This document shows, in pieces, positions 38,603 to 48,576 of a stretch of DNA of 64,000 nucleotides. The notes under the pieces were generated by a model, which was not told where the DNA came from, made no database searches, and saw nothing but the letters and a program-made list of their open reading frames with translations. A program made the translations under genes and the position numbers. The DNA comes from a phage, in NCBI GenBank assembly GCA_020619395.1, contig GCA_020619395.1_4860.1; one strand, written 5' to 3'. The number at the start of each line of letters is the position of its first letter. The first letter of the stretch is position 1.

Positions 38603-40198
38603 TTAGCCCATCACCGCTTCCAACGGAATGCCTTCTTCATCATCCTCATCTGCTTCAATAAGGAACTGGTTCTGCATACTGATTAGCTCGTTATGTAAAA
38701 CCATGCCGTGTTCTACGCGGTCCACATCAGTAGAAGACATAAAGCCGTTATCTGGACGGAATTGGAGTGCCAACTTCATCTCAGTTTCATCGACTGGCAA
38801 ACGTACCTGGAACTGGTCGCCATCGAAATCTCCATTTGCCATCTTGATCACACGGTCAGAGATACGCAGCGAACACTGGTTAACATCGGTAACAACTTCA
38901 TCGATGTACAGCGTTTGAATAGACAACTGTACCAGCGTTGGGTTACGTAACGGTATGACCATGATCCCAAGACCGCCTGGGGATTCACGAATCAGTTCTT
39001 TAAAGATTTCATCTACAAGCGGGTCATACTGCATTGCCGCTTTCGCAACGATACGTTCACACTGCCGTGACGAATAACCGCGTCGTAGCAGTTTGTTCTC
39101 GATGTGGGTCGACATCAACCCAACCATCCAACGCCATGGTGCTTTTAACTTCCAGGCATCATGTGGTTCTGAGATAGGTGAGATGGTTGCACGACCACCG
39201 AACGGGATATGGGTAGAACCCAATTTCGCACGATAGTCACCCGGTTTACCTTCCATAGACTCACGACGGAAGTCCATGTGGAAGTACGTTAACTGACGGT
39301 TCGCCTTCAAAGCGCGACTAATCAGAAAACGTGGTTCGATCGCTTTACGCCGCGTATAGAGCAACGCGATATTTTTCACCGCATCAATAGCACCCGTGAA
39401 CACTGGGTCTACCATGACACCACGACGACCTTCCTCAGTAACGATAAGTTTAGAGGAGATTAGCGGTAAGTGTCTTGGGAAGAATGCGTGACGTTGCGTT
39501 TCGAATAGCTCCTTCCATTGTAAACGTAAGCGTTCACCTTCAGCGGCGTTATGCCGATTAGGTGCGAAGATTTCCTTCCAGGCTTCTGGCGTGGTAAGGA
39601 TGTTAAAGATACTAACGTGGTTATCAACCAGATTGCGCAAGCCACGAACGAAACCGTGTTCTTCCAATACACGTTTCACAGCATGTGCGCGTTTACCGTC
39701 TGGTTCTTCTATACGGTAATACGGGTCAATCATCCACATCATCAAGTCATTACCGCGTTCGATAGTGACCTTGTTACGTTCAAACTTCTTCAACTTGCTA
39801 TTAAAGAAAGCATTGAACATTGCCCAGAATCGTGGGTTGACGAAGTTACCCATTTCATCAGGTGCACGTAACCAGACATCGGATTCAATTCGATGTTCAG
39901 TTACAACATAGCCACACGTCGGACACTTACAACCGAGATTGTAACGATGCGCGATCGGTGCCGGACAATCCAAACTACAAATCGGTGCAGAGTTCAGTTC
40001 TTCGTCAACGATTCTGTTCTGTACCATGCGATCGATAAGTTCAGCAACTTCGATCGCATCCCCGTTAACGGCGACATCGTTAATAATAGTGGGTGGTTTA
40101 ATACCTTTGGCTGCAGCTTCTATTTGCAAATCGGACAAATAGTTATCCTGACTAACCAACCGGCCGGATATTCCGTAGAATTTTGGTACCTTTCTCAC
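38603..40198 (-). CDS. multisubunit RNA polymerase beta-prime-like subunit, N-terminal part
   Basis: 531-aa ORF with N-terminal zinc ribbon (CSLDC ... LGCKCPTCGY), LRNPTLVQLS (resembles conserved beta-prime NRQPTLHRLG) and catalytic MANGDFDGDQ (NADFDGD-type Asp triad). Confidence 0.75.
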   Translation of the reverse strand: MRKVPKFYGISGRLVSQDNYLSDLQIEAAAKGIKPPTIINDVAVNGDAIEVAELIDRMVQNRIVDEELNSAPICSLDCPAPIAHRYNLGCKCPTCGYVVTEHRIESDVWLRAPDEMGNFVNPRFWAMFNAFFNSKLKKFERNKVTIERGNDLMMWMIDPYYRIEEPDGKRAHAVKRVLEEHGFVRGLRNLVDNHVSIFNILTTPEAWKEIFAPNRHNAAEGERLRLQWKELFETQRHAFFPRHLPLISSKLIVTEEGRRGVMVDPVFTGAIDAVKNIALLYTRRKAIEPRFLISRALKANRQLTYFHMDFRRESMEGKPGDYRAKLGSTHIPFGGRATISPISEPHDAWKLKAPWRWMVGLMSTHIENKLLRRGYSSRQCERIVAKAAMQYDPLVDEIFKELIRESPGGLGIMVIPLRNPTLVQLSIQTLYIDEVVTDVNQCSLRISDRVIKMANGDFDGDQFQVRLPVDETEMKLALQFRPDNGFMSSTDVDRVEHGMVLHNELISMQNQFLIEADEDDEEGIPLEAVMG

Positions 40199-40212
40199 TC
40201 TGTCAACCTCAA

Positions 40213-40255
40213 CAAAAAAAGAGGGAAGGACGGAGGCGTTAGCCCCCGTCCGTTT
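40213..40255 (-). terminator. rho-independent terminator after CDS 40281..42134
   Basis: Imperfect hairpin 40228-40251 (ggacgg ... ccgtcc) with + strand A-run 40213-40220. Confidence 0.5.
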
Positions 40256-40280
40256 CCTAACTACTCAGTAACCGATTCGA

Positions 40281-42134
40281 TTACAGTTTGAAGTTGCTCA
40301 GAGACACGCCCAGACCGAAATCGGAACCGCTTGCAGACAGGCCGTTGCCAGACAGCGTGAAGTCTTCCCCACCGTTGTTGAAGAACAGAGAGGTCGCCAT
40401 CGTGTTGTAGGCATTTACACCAGTCATAGACCAGGTGCAGTTGTTACGGACGAAGTCCAGCAGGCATTTACCGAAGATCGGGTTGATAGCCATATCCAGA
40501 GATTCACCGGTAGCTTGCGGTGCTTTGGATGCGAACAGAGAAGCGGCCAGTTTCAGCATGTAGATACGCTGTTGACGCTCGTTCAGTTCACGGTGGCTGT
40601 AGGACTGTGCGTTCAGGTAGCTATAGACGTCGTTCGCGTTATCACCCAGTTTGGTAACAACGGAAATCAGGTCCATATCCTGGAAGCTACGTTTCTGTGC
40701 AGTACCGGTGTAAACACCGGAAACAGTCGGTACGGCTGCTTTCACGATGTGGCTGCAATGGATGGTACCATTGAAGGCATCGCCCAGCTGTGCTTTCAGT
40801 GCAGAAGCAAATACTGCAGTGAAGCTGGTCGCTGCAACAACTTCGCCGTTCTGATCACGCGGGGACATGGAATTCAGAATAGCGAGCAGCTGTTTCAGAG
40901 AGTTGTCGTAACCGACCGCAATTTCAGACAGCATAGTAGACAGACCACCCAGACCGTTACCGGCACGATGGCTAACTACCAGTGCTGCTTCACGCGGTGC
41001 GAACATATCCAGGCAACCTTCGATAGCTTCACGGCTACCGTCGATTTTGGATACATCAGGACGAGCGTCAGCACCCCAGGACAGGTATTCTGCCACACGG
41101 GAGAACTTGCGATCTTGTTTGTTCAGACGTTTCACAAACAGGTCACGCCAGCCACCGATTGCCGCGATTTCTGCAAATGCAGCCAGCAGCAGCAGTTGAC
41201 GTTCATACGGTGCCATTGCACCTTCAGTTTGAGAATCGACCAGACTTACTACGATTTCAGCCTGCAGCTGTTTCAGGTCGTAGACGCCGTTAACGACAGG
41301 CTTCTGACCGGTGAAACGCATGTTGACGAAACCAGTACCGGATACACGCGGATACACCTGTACCTGATTGGTGTCCAGCAGAGTCGGAGTGGCGTCGGAT
41401 ACGTTGCTTGGGCTGTGCTCAACGGTGATTGCGAAATCAGCACGTTGTGCGTGGCCGTTAGCATCCACAACCGCACCATCTTCCAGCGGCATTACTGCAG
41501 CCTGATAACGGTCATGCTTACGCAGGTTCAGCGTACCCAGGTAGCCTGCGATACGACCGAAGATGCCCATCATCATCTGACCCATCAGAGTACGTGCCCA
41601 CTCAGCATCCAGAACTTTACCCAGGTCTGGTACGGAGTTGATGATCATGAAGTTCGCATTGGTCAGACCATGCGCTTCCATGATGTTTTTCTGTACTACT
41701 GCCAGCACGTCTTTGTTGAACAGTTCAGTGATGGTGTAGTAGTCTTCCTGGCCGTTGTTGGTAGTTTCTTTCAGACGCAGAGACTGACCGCGTTCAAAGA
41801 AGATAATACCGTACAGCCAGTGGCCCTGCCATTGGCCTGCGACATACGCCGCGGAACCCATTTCGTTACCCACGCCGGCGATGGTGCCCCAGCGGAACGC
41901 GTTGAGGTATTCGTTGCTTTTCTTCAGCTCGTCCAGGAGGTTGACGAAGTGCATTGCATAGGTGCTGATGTTGCGGATGCCAAATGCGTTATCGAATTGG
42001 CTGACAGTAGAAGTACCCGGCACAGCAGTTTGCACTTTTACAGTCTCGTTGCCCAGACCGCCCAGTGGTGCGGTGTCTTGAGTCTGAGTGTTGTTCTGCT
42101 GAGCGTTGTTGTTAGAGTCAACGATTTTTACCAT
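40281..42134 (-). CDS. abundant-protein candidate: phage nucleus shell protein (chimallin-like); alternatively a major virion protein
   Basis: 617-aa ORF with no enzymatic motifs, own promoter-like motif and terminator; sits immediately upstream of the beta-prime N gene, the arrangement recalled for phiKZ shell protein gp54 next to nvRNAP gp55. Size fits chimallin (about 600-700 aa). Inference only. Confidence 0.4.
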   Translation of the reverse strand: MVKIVDSNNNAQQNNTQTQDTAPLGGLGNETVKVQTAVPGTSTVSQFDNAFGIRNISTYAMHFVNLLDELKKSNEYLNAFRWGTIAGVGNEMGSAAYVAGQWQGHWLYGIIFFERGQSLRLKETTNNGQEDYYTITELFNKDVLAVVQKNIMEAHGLTNANFMIINSVPDLGKVLDAEWARTLMGQMMMGIFGRIAGYLGTLNLRKHDRYQAAVMPLEDGAVVDANGHAQRADFAITVEHSPSNVSDATPTLLDTNQVQVYPRVSGTGFVNMRFTGQKPVVNGVYDLKQLQAEIVVSLVDSQTEGAMAPYERQLLLLAAFAEIAAIGGWRDLFVKRLNKQDRKFSRVAEYLSWGADARPDVSKIDGSREAIEGCLDMFAPREAALVVSHRAGNGLGGLSTMLSEIAVGYDNSLKQLLAILNSMSPRDQNGEVVAATSFTAVFASALKAQLGDAFNGTIHCSHIVKAAVPTVSGVYTGTAQKRSFQDMDLISVVTKLGDNANDVYSYLNAQSYSHRELNERQQRIYMLKLAASLFASKAPQATGESLDMAINPIFGKCLLDFVRNNCTWSMTGVNAYNTMATSLFFNNGGEDFTLSGNGLSASGSDFGLGVSLSNFKL

Positions 42135-42180
42135 TTTAAATATTCCTTAATAGTGATTGCAATCATAGTTCGGTTCGCAG

Positions 42181-42194
42181 AGATAATATCTGCC
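42181..42194. promoter_or_regulatory. AGATAATATCT promoter-like motif upstream of the chimallin-candidate gene
   Basis: agataatatctgcc, 47-60 bp upstream of minus-strand start 42134. Confidence 0.3.
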
Positions 42195-42273
42195 TGTAAT
42201 TTCATGGAATGCAAGTACGCCGTCGCTTACTTACAAGGCACATAGTCCAGACATTTCTCAGGAACTGTCACAT

Positions 42274-42288
42274 AGATAATATCAATCT
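42274..42288. promoter_or_regulatory. AGATAATATC promoter-like motif upstream of + gene 42320
   Basis: agataatatcaatct, about 32-46 bp upstream of ATG 42320. Confidence 0.3.
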
Positions 42289-42319
42289 GAGATATTTTTG
42301 ACTGTGACTGACTTCCTAT

Positions 42320-43408
42320 GTGGAATCTAAGGAGTCTGCCATGTTCAGCCAAGCCGAGTTAAACCAAGTGGCCATAAAGGGTCACAGCACGGACCCCTCC
42401 GCTATAACATTAGCGGCTCACGTAAAAAACAACAGCCAGCGTATACGCAACTACTACGAACAGCTTAATCGCAGTGCTGGTAATGGCCATTTGTTGCAAC
42501 AGGTGTTGTCTGCCATCGGCTATGCCGGTGAACCAGAGTACGAAGACATCGAATGGGCTTGCCGTCGCAAGCTTGTTCAGATTGGTAACGCCTTACGCTT
42601 GACGTCTGTTGGTGAGTACGGTCAAATCTTTAATAGCAAGTTTATCCAGGGCCAAGATGAGGTAATCTCTCTCGTAGCCCGCCCAGTAAATCCAGACCTT
42701 TCGTTCCGCGACTACACCCCCGCCCGTTACCTCTACCATGAGTATACCAACCTCAATTGGAAGTTCGGTGACGGACGGCCCCGAGGTGTTACGGTGATCG
42801 AAATCAACCTGGTTGCTTTGCTTTGGCAATATGTCAAAGGTCAGCAACACTACAGTCGCGGTACCGAACCTATTGCCACACCTGTGTATCTCCAACGACA
42901 TGTGATCTCTCGCATGTTGCCGAGCTACATGGATATCGCCTTTGTAAATATACATCGTGCGATAGCCTTCGGGAAAGAGATTGAACCGGATGAAACATTA
43001 CGTGTCATTCCTGTTCCACCGCTTCAAGCTTTAGCTGTGAAGCACGCAAAAGGCATCCGTAGTAAACTACTGGCTGCCAACCCGTTACCGGGACAAGTCT
43101 TAAACAACATCCCATTGTTCTTCCAACACCCTGATGAAGAAGGCCACACAGCACTGGAACTGATTGTCTTTCGAGAACCAGGTCAAACACTGCAGAACAC
43201 CTGGCACCAGAACATGGTGAACTGGTACTGGGCACTGTTTTGTCTTCAATACAACCAGGGGAATATGGAAAAGCATAAACGTACGATGTTGGTTGATTTG
43301 GCGCGTTATGTGGACTCTAAAGTCCTCACACGTCTGACCAAATCCTTCTATAACTTTATCCAACGGGATTTGATTATCCCGTTGACGACAGAGCTAGAAG
43401 AAAAATAA
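42320..43408 (+). CDS. hypothetical protein
   Basis: 362-aa ORF with AAGGAG Shine-Dalgarno upstream; terminator downstream. Confidence 0.6.
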   Translation: MESKESAMFSQAELNQVAIKGHSTDPSAITLAAHVKNNSQRIRNYYEQLNRSAGNGHLLQQVLSAIGYAGEPEYEDIEWACRRKLVQIGNALRLTSVGEYGQIFNSKFIQGQDEVISLVARPVNPDLSFRDYTPARYLYHEYTNLNWKFGDGRPRGVTVIEINLVALLWQYVKGQQHYSRGTEPIATPVYLQRHVISRMLPSYMDIAFVNIHRAIAFGKEIEPDETLRVIPVPPLQALAVKHAKGIRSKLLAANPLPGQVLNNIPLFFQHPDEEGHTALELIVFREPGQTLQNTWHQNMVNWYWALFCLQYNQGNMEKHKRTMLVDLARYVDSKVLTRLTKSFYNFIQRDLIIPLTTELEEK

Positions 43409-43455
43409 GACTTACTCTCTCCTCGCGAACACTCTTTCGAGTATTCATACTATAT

Positions 43456-43500
43456 ACAAAAACTACACACTTCGGTGTGTAGTTCTTTTTTTTATTTTTT
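43456..43500. terminator. rho-independent terminator (strong on +, possibly bidirectional)
   Basis: Hairpin 43462-43483 (actacacac / ttcg / gtgtgtagt) followed by a 17-nt T-run 43484-43500. Confidence 0.65.
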
Positions 43501-43506
43501 GTCTGT

Positions 43507-43707
43507 CTAGTATTTTATCGTCTCCGTGAAGTCACTTGCGTATGGTTTACCCCACACAGTGATACTACGTTTCCGTTTGGCATCCAATGCCGTGATATGC
43601 ACCGTTTCGCCTGCCTGATGTAACTCAATATCCACGCAACCCCGTTCTTCGAGGTCGCGACGGATTGCGGTTATCATCTCTGTGGACTTCCCACTATTTC
43701 GATACAT
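43507..43707 (-). CDS. small hypothetical protein
   Basis: 66-aa ORF; weak evidence. Confidence 0.35.
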   Translation of the reverse strand: MYRNSGKSTEMITAIRRDLEERGCVDIELHQAGETVHITALDAKRKRSITVWGKPYASDFTETIKY

Positions 43708-43763
43708 ACCCTTCCACCCCCGTAACGGTTATTGTTTGTGGTACACACGATCGTGACTTATTC

Positions 43764-46043
43764 TTACTCCTCCGCTTCTTCCCCATCCTCTTCCTCTCCA
43801 TCACGTTCAGATTTCTTAACGTACTCGCCGCTACCTAATTCTTCCTTGACCGAGTCTACGGACTCGCCGTAGTAATCCGAAAGCAGACGAGTTCTGTTCT
43901 TGTCCATCATGAAGACACCCAGACATTCCAGGATGTGATAGTAAGGTTCTACTGTGGAGAATGCGCTTCGACGTGTGTCTGCAGCATCAATCAGCTCCGG
44001 AGGAATACCGAAGTTTTCCACCAAGAACTCTGGCAGTATCAGAGTACGATAGGTGCGATAGTTGTTCTCTTCGAACCACCGTGTTGCAGTGGTCTTAATC
44101 ATCGGGTCTTTAATGTTTTCCAGCCACTCTTTAACGGCTGTTTTGTTCTCCAGGTTTACCGGAAGTTTCACGGCGTCATAAGGCGGTTCGTCCAGGTAGC
44201 CGTACTTCGGTCCAAAGATGGCGTTGTACATGCGGTGATAGTGGTAGCTCTTTTCATCATCTTCAGAGTACGCACTACGGTCTTTGACGTTGGTTGTTTT
44301 CAGGTAGCCTGCTTTACCAGCGCGAATAGAATCCACCACAACGTGCTCAATTGCAGCAACCTTTTCCAGCAGAGGCAGAATCTTAATCTTGTCACCACGT
44401 GCCACGATCTCACAGAGTTCTTTAATCGTGCGTTTGAACTCTTTCATGACCACCGGAGGAATGTTCGACGTACGTAAAGACACGCCCTTAACTTCTAACT
44501 CAGGGTCAGACTTCAACTGCCCTTCCTGGCCAGTGATGATGGAGAAATAGTGTTTTGCTTTCGTGGTTAACGCAAAGGAGTCGAACTTAAATTCGTTCTT
44601 CATTGCGTACAAAAACAGACGCTCTTTCGCCACACCGATATTCGCCGACATACTCGCCATCAGATGACGTAAGTGCTGGGTTGCGATATAAATCATCGCA
44701 TCCGATACGCGCGTAGCTTCACGACCGTAATGTTGGCCGGTATACCACTGCGCCCACCACTGTGCAGTCATCATCGTGGAGTCGGTATCAGACACCACGC
44801 CGACACGACGAACCACGTCGGGCATCCTGGCAATGTTGATTGGCAGGTTTTTGGTGGTCAGGATATTACGAATCAAGCACGCGTACTTACCGATGGTTTT
44901 CTGCAGATACACAGCTGAGCGAATCAGCTCTTTGTATTTTTCCTGCTTATCCCACGGTTCCGCTTTGTTCGTGTTTTCGTCTTTGAGTTTAACGTCAGAG
45001 AACGACTTACCTAACGGCACGATATCAGTACGGAACTGCGAGATAATGATCTGCATGTCACCGTCGATAGAGCGCTCAGCGGCATCCCAATCAGTGATCT
45101 CGTCTTCCATCTCCTCGGCAATCAGCGCGCCGATAAATCCGCGCATGAATTCATCGTTGTATTTCGCCAGGTGGTAGAAGTCACCCATGTAGACAAACGC
45201 TGCACGTACCAGCGGGCTACAATTACCGACGTAGTGACGAATGAACTCCAGCCCTTCGTCGTTACGGAAGTAAAACTCTGCAGAGTACATAACCACTTCC
45301 ATAACCTCGTCCACTGTTGGGTAGTGGAGGTTATAGAGTTCCATACACTTCTTGAACTCCGCAAAGTTAGTCAGTGTACCGATAGAAAGTAGGTGGTCGA
45401 TAACACGGGACGGCGTGTCGTAGTGACGATTACCGCCCAGTAGACGTTCGTTGCCCGCGTTACCGAACGATGTAGCCGTACGGCAGGTTGACGTCAATAC
45501 AGAGTGCGAGGACTGGTTAAAGATTACCGTGTACGGTGATGAGAATGCACCCGACATTCCGTTGTTCAACGTCTTAACAGCGTTCTGTTCGTTCTTTTTG
45601 TTAATACGCAGAACTTCATTACCCGCAGCACCTGCTGCGTACATCTCTTTCTTAACGACCGCACGCTTACGCACGTTCTCTGCGGTAAATTCAGCAAGCT
45701 TAGAGCGCTTGACGTGCTCAGGCAGATAAAAGGTCAGCGACGGTGCAGAAATAATCTGCTTATCAATCACTGTACGGAACAGTTTATCTACCGTGGTGTA
45801 TTTTTCTTCGCGATCGCCGGTCTTTTGATTGCGCACCCACATCTTACACACGGGGAATTCGTGTACTAACTCACCACCAGGTTGGAACATTTCTTCGACC
45901 TGCTGTCGACAGAACTCCAAAGAATATTTCCCGTTGGTGACGGTATGAATGTAGAGCGCCAGTTGTTCGTAGTACGCATCGATAACGTCAATGTCGCGAT
46001 GATACTCGTCTTGACTAAGACGAAATGGTGAATTGTAGTCCAC
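43764..46043 (-). CDS. family-B DNA polymerase, polymerase-domain part (candidate)
   Basis: 759-aa ORF with motif A-like SAPSLTFYLP (cf. D-x-x-SLYPS), motif B-like KTLNNGMSGAF (K-x3-N-S-x-Y-G) and motif C VVSDTDS (YGDTDS); no exonuclease motifs in this ORF. Confidence 0.55.
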   Translation of the reverse strand: MDYNSPFRLSQDEYHRDIDVIDAYYEQLALYIHTVTNGKYSLEFCRQQVEEMFQPGGELVHEFPVCKMWVRNQKTGDREEKYTTVDKLFRTVIDKQIISAPSLTFYLPEHVKRSKLAEFTAENVRKRAVVKKEMYAAGAAGNEVLRINKKNEQNAVKTLNNGMSGAFSSPYTVIFNQSSHSVLTSTCRTATSFGNAGNERLLGGNRHYDTPSRVIDHLLSIGTLTNFAEFKKCMELYNLHYPTVDEVMEVVMYSAEFYFRNDEGLEFIRHYVGNCSPLVRAAFVYMGDFYHLAKYNDEFMRGFIGALIAEEMEDEITDWDAAERSIDGDMQIIISQFRTDIVPLGKSFSDVKLKDENTNKAEPWDKQEKYKELIRSAVYLQKTIGKYACLIRNILTTKNLPINIARMPDVVRRVGVVSDTDSTMMTAQWWAQWYTGQHYGREATRVSDAMIYIATQHLRHLMASMSANIGVAKERLFLYAMKNEFKFDSFALTTKAKHYFSIITGQEGQLKSDPELEVKGVSLRTSNIPPVVMKEFKRTIKELCEIVARGDKIKILPLLEKVAAIEHVVVDSIRAGKAGYLKTTNVKDRSAYSEDDEKSYHYHRMYNAIFGPKYGYLDEPPYDAVKLPVNLENKTAVKEWLENIKDPMIKTTATRWFEENNYRTYRTLILPEFLVENFGIPPELIDAADTRRSAFSTVEPYYHILECLGVFMMDKNRTRLLSDYYGESVDSVKEELGSGEYVKKSERDGEEEDGEEAEE

Positions 46044-46083
46044 GTCTGGCCCCTTGGTTTTTTACTCAGCTATAAGACTTGCG

Positions 46084-46120
46084 GGATACGTGAAAAAAGA
46101 AAAAAAATAACCCACTCCGA
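46084..46120 (-). terminator. rho-independent terminator after CDS 46135..46545
   Basis: Hairpin 46102-46119 (cccact / ccgaag / agtggg) with + strand A-run 46084-46100. Confidence 0.6.
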
Positions 46121-46134
46121 AGAGTGGGCTTACT

Positions 46135-46545
46135 TTAACCGGCAATACTCTCAACGATTTCAAAATCGACGTCATTGAAACCATTGGCAGCCAGGGCACG
46201 TTTAAGGTCGTCAATCTCCTGTTTGTTATCCAGGGTGACGGTGAAGCGCACCTTCGTGTTTTCGATAATCTGAACATCACGAATCCAGGCATCGGCAGCG
46301 ACTTTTGGTTTGCCGTCAACACCTTTGAAAATCAGATACGTGTATTTGTTCACATTATCTTCTGGCTGGGAAACAATGGAAGAGTAGATATTCTTCTGCT
46401 CCGCCATCACATCCATATAACTTTTGGCCATCTCGTAGCCAACGCCGGTTGCCAGAATAATTACACGCGTCTCTTGCCCTTTCAAAGGGGTGTCGTAAAC
46501 AATGTTAACTTTTTGCCCAGCGACCAGTGTGCGTAAATCGAACAT
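46135..46545 (-). CDS. small hypothetical protein (last gene of a 9-gene small-protein operon)
   Basis: 136-aa ORF; start overlaps the stop of 46545..47144. Confidence 0.55.
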   Translation of the reverse strand: MFDLRTLVAGQKVNIVYDTPLKGQETRVIILATGVGYEMAKSYMDVMAEQKNIYSSIVSQPEDNVNKYTYLIFKGVDGKPKVAADAWIRDVQIIENTKVRFTVTLDNKQEIDDLKRALAANGFNDVDFEIVESIAG

Positions 46546-47144
46546 TATTCCTCCTCAGGAACATCAATAAGCAGCCTCATATCCAAAGCATTGGTCACTG
46601 GTGTTTTCGGGAAGTCCACCTTGAGAACCAACGTACGGATAGCGCCATTATGCGCCTCTAAGAACATCTTCACCGGCTCAACATAATGCGCCATAACTGC
46701 CTCCGTTACGGCGGTCGCCATTAGATCCAACGTGTAGTGCTTGAGCGTGGCCCAGTGTGAGCTGTCTTGCTCTTTGTACATCAACGCTAAATCTAACAAT
46801 GGTGTCAGCCCGTTAAAATGTGACTCGGTGCTGGCTTCCATTGCAACATTAAACTTCCACCGACGGTACTCGTCAGTCAGTAACGTAAAGAAGTCGTGCA
46901 AGAACGTAAGGTCGGTGCGAGGCAACATGCAACGAAACTCGTACGTATAGCTAGTCAGTGTTTCACGTATAAGTTCGTGTATCTCGTCCTGGTCCAATTC
47001 TTTTACGGGTATCTCCACGGTGATACGCGGCAGGCGGACTACGGTGTCAACCACCAAATCCAAAAACCGCATACCGTCCGGAAGATACCCCACGACCCCC
47101 AAGTCCACATTAATCAAGTGGTTGGCGATCACCTTGTAGATCAT
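46545..47144 (-). CDS. hypothetical protein
   Basis: 199-aa ORF in the operon. Confidence 0.55.
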   Translation of the reverse strand: MIYKVIANHLINVDLGVVGYLPDGMRFLDLVVDTVVRLPRITVEIPVKELDQDEIHELIRETLTSYTYEFRCMLPRTDLTFLHDFFTLLTDEYRRWKFNVAMEASTESHFNGLTPLLDLALMYKEQDSSHWATLKHYTLDLMATAVTEAVMAHYVEPVKMFLEAHNGAIRTLVLKVDFPKTPVTNALDMRLLIDVPEEE

Positions 47145-47153
47145 TCGTACTCC

Positions 47154-47585
47154 TTAACATTCAACACAGATGAGTGCGTTGCCAATTTCATTCATAAGGA
47201 GTGAAACCTTTGTCTTTTTTGCTCCGTCTTCTGGAGTCAAGCCAGCCATGCCCCACACACGTTCTATCACGGAAAGGATTTCATAGAACCGAACATCATC
47301 CTTAATCCCACTGCTCATGCTGTAGCAGTTTAGAGGCAGCACCTTTTCAGTACCCCACATCCCGCGCAACTGTTCCAGTATCAACGCAGGGTCTGGGGGA
47401 ATAAAAGTAAGAAAGTTCTTACCCTTACCTAGCCCATTAACAATAGAACGAACCGTTAATTCGGCGTAACTGGCCAGAAACAAATAAGCGACAGCGGGCT
47501 CGATCTCGCTAGTATCAGCAATCTCGGCCCGTGCCAACAACGACTCATATTTGAAGACTTCGCCTATGGTCATGTACAGTTTCAT
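47154..47585 (-). CDS. hypothetical protein
   Basis: 143-aa ORF with 4-nt overlap with the upstream gene. Confidence 0.55.
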   Translation of the reverse strand: MKLYMTIGEVFKYESLLARAEIADTSEIEPAVAYLFLASYAELTVRSIVNGLGKGKNFLTFIPPDPALILEQLRGMWGTEKVLPLNCYSMSSGIKDDVRFYEILSVIERVWGMAGLTPEDGAKKTKVSLLMNEIGNALICVEC

Positions 47586-48070
47586 TCGCAGATTAACACC
47601 ACATCGTTAAAACTATCACCTACATACGTTTGATATCGACCCGGATACAGCGACTCTATCAATCCAGCGAAACCAGTTAAGTTTGTTAACTCTTCGACCA
47701 ACAAACTTACCGCAGCGCCGAAGGCAGCTTGATGTTGTTCGGGCGAACCTTGTGCTGCCAGAAACGTCGTATCGACAGACATTTCTTTAGCGAACTGGTC
47801 AACGGACAGACCATCGGTCACCAACTCCCAATTGCCCAGAGGTTCAAGCGTGTCTTCCTGTAACAAATCAACCATTGTCGATGGGTCACGAGTTTTCACA
47901 CCGATGATATACGCAAACGCAAAACGTTGATAAAAATCACGTATCTGCGTTTCATCAATCTCCAGGTTACTGGCTTCCAATACACGCAATGCTGCTTCGC
48001 GAACGTGCTCGTAAAACCGAGTCGCGCTATATTGGTTCGCAATATCCGCCACATCAAACAGAACGCTCAT
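47582..48070 (-). CDS. hypothetical protein
   Basis: 162-aa ORF with 4-nt overlap. Confidence 0.55.
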   Translation of the reverse strand: MSVLFDVADIANQYSATRFYEHVREAALRVLEASNLEIDETQIRDFYQRFAFAYIIGVKTRDPSTMVDLLQEDTLEPLGNWELVTDGLSVDQFAKEMSVDTTFLAAQGSPEQHQAAFGAAVSLLVEELTNLTGFAGLIESLYPGRYQTYVGDSFNDVVLICE

Positions 48071-48576
48071 ACACGACCTCCGAGATTACCGATAAGCAAA
48101 TCGATAACAGGCAGAAGTTGTGGGGTGATTCGCTCGTACGCTTCCTGGCTGGCAAACTGTGGGAATTTATCACCACCGTTATAGTCTAATAAGAATTCGA
48201 CATCCGCCGGATTGCGCGTTGTGTATTGTGCACCGACCCAACGACCGTAGTGAGTAAACCAATAAGGAGACTGCGATACGGCGGTCATATACGCACGACC
48301 GATGTTTTGAATTGCGGTGCCGTAAGTGATTACTTGCTCATTTTCCAACACAACGCCGTGCGCATTCAGTGTACGAGAAACAAACCCAAAGGTATTGTTC
48401 ATCATAAACTTTAACTCACTACCAATGGTTCCACGTTCCACGAAGCTCATGGCGGTATTGATTATCGAGTTCAAATCGTCATTCACTTCGCGGAGCACAT
48501 CGTTTGGCGAAAACTCCGTTAACGGCCCAGCCAATAACTGATAGCCGGGGATATAAAAATGAGATCGCTCAATCAT
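48067..48576 (-). CDS. hypothetical protein
   Basis: 169-aa ORF with 8-nt overlap. Confidence 0.55.
   Translation of the reverse strand: MIERSHFYIPGYQLLAGPLTEFSPNDVLREVNDDLNSIINTAMSFVERGTIGSELKFMMNNTFGFVSRTLNAHGVVLENEQVITYGTAIQNIGRAYMTAVSQSPYWFTHYGRWVGAQYTTRNPADVEFLLDYNGGDKFPQFASQEAYERITPQLLPVIDLLIGNLGGRV

Noticed and set aside
40515-42245. 576-aa + strand ORF
   Set aside because: Lies entirely antisense to the 617-aa minus-strand gene 40281..42134, is Cys/Val/Thr-rich with no ribosome-binding site; a shadow ORF of a strongly coding-biased gene.
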